Assembly: GCA_964016885.1 (NCBI GenBank)
Contig: OZ024741.1
Location: 286,874,001-286,938,000 of the forward strand
Source of the DNA: Eledone cirrhosa
Lineage: Eukaryota
DNA length: 64,000 nt
Reading direction: 5' to 3'
The position numbers and the translations under genes are program-made. Positions 57,811 through 64,000 of this stretch are shown here, in pieces (the stretch's first letter is position 1; each line of letters begins with the position of its first letter). Below the pieces are notes generated by a model. It ran no database searches. It had not been told where the DNA came from and saw only the letters and a list, made by a program, of their open reading frames with translations.

Positions 57811-60800
57811 AGATCAAAAGATGGTTAAAAGAATTCCAAGTATTTTATTATGCGCATTTCAAAAACAAATATCATCATGGGATGATATTTGCGTTCTCAT
57901 CAGATAAATTAGGGAGACATGATATGAAGCTTAAAAAATACTTGCGAGCAGTGAAGTGTTAAATCAACATATGAAAAATAAAGTAAGATGGATATATGAG
58001 GTTGGGAAAAAAAAAGTAGGAAAAGGTAAGGAAGAGGAAGAAAGAAAATAAAGGATGGCGGGGGAGGAGTATAAGAAGGAAGGATGAGAGAGGAGGAGAA
58101 ATGAGTGATATAGAGAGAGAAATAGCCTTTACAACTGAGAAAACATTGTCTCACAGAGAGAAATTAAAAAACCGTTGAAAGATAATAAATAATTTTAAAA
58201 GATTTTGAAATTAAAAGTTAATGAGGTTTATGAATGGTGATGTTTATGATTAAAGAAAAAGCAATTAAGAATAGTATTTATTTAAGGTTTATATATTGAA
58301 GGGTTTAATAATATGTGCAAAAAAAAGAATTTATTAATATGTATTATTAAAATAAAAATATTAAGGTTATTAATGTGAAAGAAGGAGAGATTAAATGAAT
58401 TATGAACTTAGAGGAATTAGTTAGGGTTTAAGTTTGTTTTTATGTATTGTAATATGTAAAAGTAAATAATAGGTTTAATACGAGCACGGAAGGAAAGAAG
58501 AAAGAAGAAAAAATTTAAGGAGGAAAAAATATATAACGTCAAAAAGTATGTTTACAAAAATTTACTAATGGTAATATTATTATATATTAAAAAAAATATA
58601 GTTTGTATGGCCAAGAATATAAGGAAAAATGAAAAATGCTATAGTGAGTAATAATTGTTTCTACTTTAAGCACAAGGCCAGCAATTACCCAGTGCATTAC
58701 TGGTACTTTATTTTATTGACCCCGTAAGGGCAAAGTCAACCTCGGCGGGATTTGAACTCAGATCGTAAAGGGACGTAACTATGCTGGAAAGCATGGCGTC
58801 CGACCCCCTACCGATACTGCCAATCCACCGCTATAGTGAGTAACAATATGAATTAAGAAGTAATTGAGAAGTAAAAATTACAGATTAAAGATCAGAAATT
58901 AAAAAAAGAAAAAAAGGAAGAAAGGAAAAAGGATAAAAAGAAGAAAGATAAGGACCCTCTAACGACATAGAATGAGTAAATTGTATAATATAATATACTG
59001 AAATAAGGTAGAAAGATGGGTATATTTGTAAAAGATATAAAAGCATTTGAGAAAAGAAGATTTTAAACTAATTAGGTATTGAGATATTAGCTGTATACTT
59101 TATGAAAAGTTCTATGGGATTTATGCAAGCAGAGCGAAAATAAATCCGTACGTCTATTTATTATAGAATTAAAATTAGATATAATGGTAAATTTCTCGGC
59201 TAGGTAGAGATTACATGTTCTGGATAGGGAAGAATTCCGGTAAGGAAAGGCGTTGCAAACCTTCCTCCAAGAGATGTTATAGTTAATATTTTTGTCTTTT
59301 AAGGACCATATGAATTCCGAGAGTGCCGTGTTAGTTCTTTTAAGTTGGTATTTAAAACACGAATTGTGATTATAAAATCTTGCTTTAAAGGAAGTGGAAG
59401 TGGAACCGAAATAGGTAAAAGAATTAGTACCAGTTATAACCTTACATTCATACACTAAGTTTTTATCAAGACATTGGTTATTAAGAGGACATTTAGTTTT
59501 AACAGGGCAATTACAATTACGATTAGAGAAATTAACAGAGTTATTAACAAGTGGCCTAGTATTATTTATAGAAGGAATTGGATTGGAGAAATTATTTACG
59601 CTAGGAACTATAGTTTCCTAATTTAGATTGGTGTTATGAACATTCAACGAAGTTACGTTTGACGTCGTATTTAAATTTACTGAATCTAGCCTAGAGTTAA
59701 CATTGACGTCGGGTTTACTATTGCTATTATTATGACGCTCAGTGTTGGATGGATATAATTTATTATTTAATATTTTATTATTGTGTTTAGAGATAATTTT
59801 AGAGATGTTGGAAGTGGTGAAATAAGAGAATTTGATTGTATGTTTGTTAAAGATCTTACTATAGATATGCGAGGGAGGGAAGCATTTATCTAAGGCCCTA
59901 AAGAATAGTTTAGGAATATTACTAGTAATAGATAGAGAAAAAGGAGCATTATACCAAATTATATTTTTGTATCTAGGTCTTTTATTTAAGTTATTAGAAT
60001 GTTCATAATTAACTATTTTACTATAAGTCCTTCGATGATTGGTTTCTTTACTGTATTTAATTTTATCAGGATAACCGGCTTTGGAAAGCGCATTATTATA
60101 ATAATTGCATTAGCGTCGAAGATAACTTTATTAGAGGATAGATTTGAGATTCTTTTTTCAACATTACTGACTATAGCATTTTAAACGTTAGTGGGGTGGT
60201 TAGATTTAAAATTAACATCATTTAGATTCTCATTGTCTTTATGGTAAGGGTAATATAGGCCAGTGTCAAGATTAAGGGATATATCCAGGAAGTTAGCTAG
60301 TTTGACGTTGTTATCAAATTCAATTTTAAGGTTATGGTGCTTAAATAGGTCAAGTATATTGTTCTTAATAATATTAAGGTTAACTAAGTTAGAAGTTTAA
60401 GACAGTAAAAAGGGCATCGTCACGATAAATTCCACCGCGAAGTTGAGGAATTTTCCGATTTAAATAATTCAAAATAAAGATACCAATCAAGTCCGTCAGT
60501 TGTGATGAATCGGACGCACCCATTGTGATATCAACGTTGTTGGAAGTATCAGCTCTAGTCCAATATTCGTTGTTGAATTCCAAGATAGTTTTTCTTGCGG
60601 TGAGAATGATGTAAACTTCATCTGTGGTAATGTCAGAATATTTAAATGCGAAAGATAGAGCGTTGTTGAGGAGTGAAGGCGAAATAGAAGAATAGTAACT
60701 GGCAATGTCAAACTGAATACATTTTTGTTTGTTTTTCTTATTCAGGTCATTGAACCAGTCAATTACTTCAGATGTACCAATCCATAAATTTAAGTTAGAA

Positions 60801-61398
60801 ATAGAGCAATTAGAACGAACCTGTGGGATAATTCTATCCAAGATGGATTTACAAACAACCCCCAGATATGATTTGGAGGGGGAGATTAGTCTAACAGGCA
60901 GTTCCGTTCGAAAGTTACTTTTATGATCCTTGAGAATTATCCTTGGAGTTCTTGGGAAGAATGGTTCGGTCTTTTTCTCGATGCCAAGTTTAGACATAAT
61001 CTCAGAAGCTTCCAAGTTTATAGAAACCAAATTGTCGTGGTTAGTTTTACGATAATTCTTCCTTAGTTCCTTAAGGATAAGGTTATTATACTTATCTTTA
61101 GATACGCCATATAACTTATTAGTTTTGTCGGAATGGACTAAGACTTTTTTAGAGGAATTAAGGTCCGATATCGTATTCCTGAGATTTATAAGGTGCTCCC
61201 GTCCTCTATAAGGGTTTCTATTGAATTTAAGACCTCTTATAATATTAGTTAATTCTTCCTCAAACTGTGCTAGATTTTTGTTGAAAGGAGGATTTCTTCT
61301 AGAGTTAAATAAATGATCAAAATTGTTGTGTTCCTTAGTATAGAAATTTCCTTTTAAGTGTTGGTCGTGTAAAAAAGCGATCCATCTAAGCCTTCTCA

Positions 61399-61408
<10 letters not shown>
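57811..61408 (-). mobile_element. Penelope-like element (YRDD type, possibly Nematis-like): RT, C-terminal GIY-YIG and long 3' UTR
   Basis: QFDIASYYSSI, ITMGASDS, GIYRDD and NFLDI. The EN region reads CPL..QCL..LVY..YFGST..FKARFYNH..ALSEFIW. A SINE is inserted at 58652-58830. Confidence 0.88.
57844..57908 (-). ncRNA. Type I hammerhead ribozyme at a PLE 3' end
   Basis: uuuau CUGAUGA gaacgcaaauaucauc ccau gaugauauuuguuuuu GAAAU gcgc AUA auaaa, with palindromic AUGCGCAU. Confidence 0.8.
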
Positions 61409-61429
<21 letters not shown>

Positions 61430-61477
61430 TATAAAAAATAAACAAAGAAGCCTTCAATACATCAAAAGTCTTTATTA

Positions 61478-61518
61478 GCTGACAGTGTTTCGTCCCATTA
61501 ATAAGGACTCATCAGAAC
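61478..61518 (-). ncRNA. Canonical type I hammerhead ribozyme
   Basis: guu CUGAUGA GUCCU uauuaau GGGAC GAAAC acu GUC agc, then AATAAA. Confidence 0.82.
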
Positions 61519-61808
61519 AAGGAAAGAGACAAGAAGTATTAACGGCCAGAACAAGCCAAAACTCATAAGAATAGGGAATTGATATTTATGAAAATTTGGG
61601 AAAGTTAACTTGGAAAGACATGCTAAAGCTAAAAGGGTGCATTTGTAAATATAGACTATAGGGCAGGAGAGCAAGTAAGACATTAAAACAAACCCACATT
61701 GAAAGTACAATATAAGTCTAATACATGAAACACAACATAGTAATACAATATGAGAATAATAATACAATATACAATACAATAGATAATAAGAAATAAAAAA
61801 TAAAAAAC

Positions 61809-61848
<40 letters not shown>

Positions 61849-62656
61849 CACACTCACTGTGACACACATATATACACATTTACACAAACACATACTAACA
61901 CAGATATAAATATAAATATAAATATAAACATTATAATAGAATAATCACCCTGGCGGTGTGAATAAGCAATACCAGAATCAATGGAATAATATATTGACAT
62001 CAAAAAATATATAAAAATACATCATACGTATCATTTAAAGTCAACAAATTGTGCCTAAATTATTTCACAGGGTAAGAAAAAAATATAATAATACCATATA
62101 ATAAATTATAGTATGGTGAAAAAATATATATATAAATATATATGATATAGACAACAAATATACAGAGGTATAAGCAGTTCAAATTCATACAATATTACAT
62201 ATCAATACTTCAATACCGGACACATACTTATAATTCAATTACATATAATATAATAATATTAAATATTTCAATAAATATACAGAGGTATAGGCAGCTCAAA
62301 TCCATATAATATTACATATCAGTACTTCAATACCGGACAACATACTTATAATTCAATTACATATAACATAATATAATATATTAATATTAATATTTCAATA
62401 GCAGACACACAATATCAAGGGAAAAAGCTTAAGACATATTTACGCGATGAATTCAAGGACACATGTAATAGATGTAGGAAAGACAGACAGTAAGTGGTAG
62501 TAAAATAAAATAAGACGAAAACAAAAACAAAAAAAACAAGCACAGACACAAAATCACGTGGGCGCTACAAACCGTTAGGTAAATATAGATGATATTACTA
62601 TTCTAAAACAAAAAAATGAAATGAAACCCTTATTAATTTAATTAATATTATAATAG

Positions 62657-62865
62657 TTGAATATTGTTAAGGATTTTAAAGCGAATGAGTCTATACTTGT
62701 CCCGGCTGACAAGACTAAGAATCTTTACTCTATGGATTATATTGCCTACCGTAATTTTATTTATAAGGAGCTACATAAAATTTATAAAAAGACAACGCAG
62801 GATAATTTAGATCAAATTAATAATGAGGGCCTCAAGATAGTTTCGAGTCTGGGTCTGGAACGATA
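62657..62865 (+). mobile_element. PLE ORF N-terminal fragment related to 60389-61399
   Basis: ILVPADKTKNLY..KELHKIYKKT aligns with VLVHSDKTNKLY..KELRKNYRKT. Confidence 0.7.
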
Positions 62866-63104
62866 CAGAGAAGATTTGCATGAATCCTGTACAAGGATGA
62901 CACGTAAATTCGTGAAGCATTTCATATTTTTCTAATGGCAATGCCCCAGCATGGCCTCAACCTGTCGGGTGTTATACATAATAGAGTAATAGAGTATTCT
63001 ATTGAAGTGGATTGGCAGAATCATTAGAACGTCGTACAAAGTTCAGGTATTTTACGTTTTGAGTTCAATTCCCGCCGAGGTCAACTTTGGCTTTTATCTA
63101 TATA

Positions 63105-63880
63105 CTAGCAGTAAAGCCCGGCGTTGCTCGGGGTCGCTCAGTAGCTGTGTTAAAGTTACAATGTTAAGTTTCTTTTTTGGCTTAAAAACTGTAGTGTCTA
63201 CTGTGAAGACTTGCATGTGGTGTTTTTGATTAATATTCCCTCAACCAACAATATGCCTTATGAAGTTAAGAAAACATAACGATAACTCGAATGTTATAAC
63301 AAAAGAGGATGCTGGGGATAAAAACTGCACTGGTTACTTATTAACAAAGATCGAAAATGTAAACACTGCAACGCAGAGAAAAACATTAGCGTAACCAAAT
63401 TATCAGTTATGTCTGTCTGCACGCCTATATCACCTCTCTGCACGACTGTCTGTCTGCACGCCTGAAATATTTGCTTGTTTTACGTAGTCTTTAAATAGAC
63501 TTGTTTTCAAGTAAAAATATTGTTTTAAAATGCTTTTAAATGGAAATGAAGCAAAACGGAAGCTTAGTGTTCGAACTGATGAATTTTGCAGGTCAATATT
63601 TTGCTGGCTCGAACGCTGAGAAAGCCAACGTAATTTTTTACGTAAGACGCTCAATGTAAACAGAACAAAGGGAAATAACTGATAACTTACGCTCAAAATA
63701 CATTATATTCGATTTCGTCACATAGGGTGGGTCAATTTGAAATATTTTTTTTCCAATGTCTTCGCTAGGGCTCAATGTACAAGTATAGCAATTTCGGTGC
63801 AATTCCGTGAGAGATTCTAAGAGGAGATGTGTGCCAAAAATCGATAGACAGACAGACAACCACAGTTTTATATATATAGA
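63105..63880 (-). mobile_element. Non-autonomous Helitron, truncating a SINE
   Basis: Minus strand starts A|TCTATAT, has a (GTCT)n tract, and ends with hairpin CCCGAGCAACGCCGGG then CTAG|T. Confidence 0.8.
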
Positions 63881-64000
63881 TATAAAGCTGTGGTTGTCTG
63901 TCTGTCTATCGATTTTTGGCACACATCTCCTCTTAGAATCTCTGACGGAATTGCACCGAAATTGCTATACTTGTACATTGAGCCCTAGCGAAGACATCGG
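63881..64000 (+). mobile_element. Inverted copy of the Helitron 5' end, running off the window
   Basis: 63881-64000 is nearly the reverse complement of 63753-63874. Confidence 0.8.

Overview
AT-rich, microsatellite-dense animal DNA with no host protein-coding gene that I can support. The SINE types and repeat landscape resemble octopus or another cephalopod (inference). The window is almost entirely transposon-derived: at least five Penelope-like element (PLE) remnants with RT and/or GIY-YIG; R4/Dong-like, CRE, RTE, CR1 and Tx1/L1-like LINE fragments; tRNA-derived SINEs; mariner and maT remnants; hAT and piggyBac MITEs; two non-autonomous Helitrons; and a 46-copy 35-bp satellite. The main hidden signal is RNA. 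About a dozen type I hammerhead ribozyme (HHR) motifs sit at PLE ends and in small fold-back elements inserted in (TA)n. Four unrelated sequence families use the compensatory U3-A8 core (UUGANAA) instead of CUGANGA, so a standard motif search would miss them. A second signal is a covarying multi-hairpin leader at the 5' end of RTE-derived elements. All calls come from reading the sequence by eye. Family names and ribozyme activity are untested, and most ORFs in the supplied track are microsatellite artefacts.
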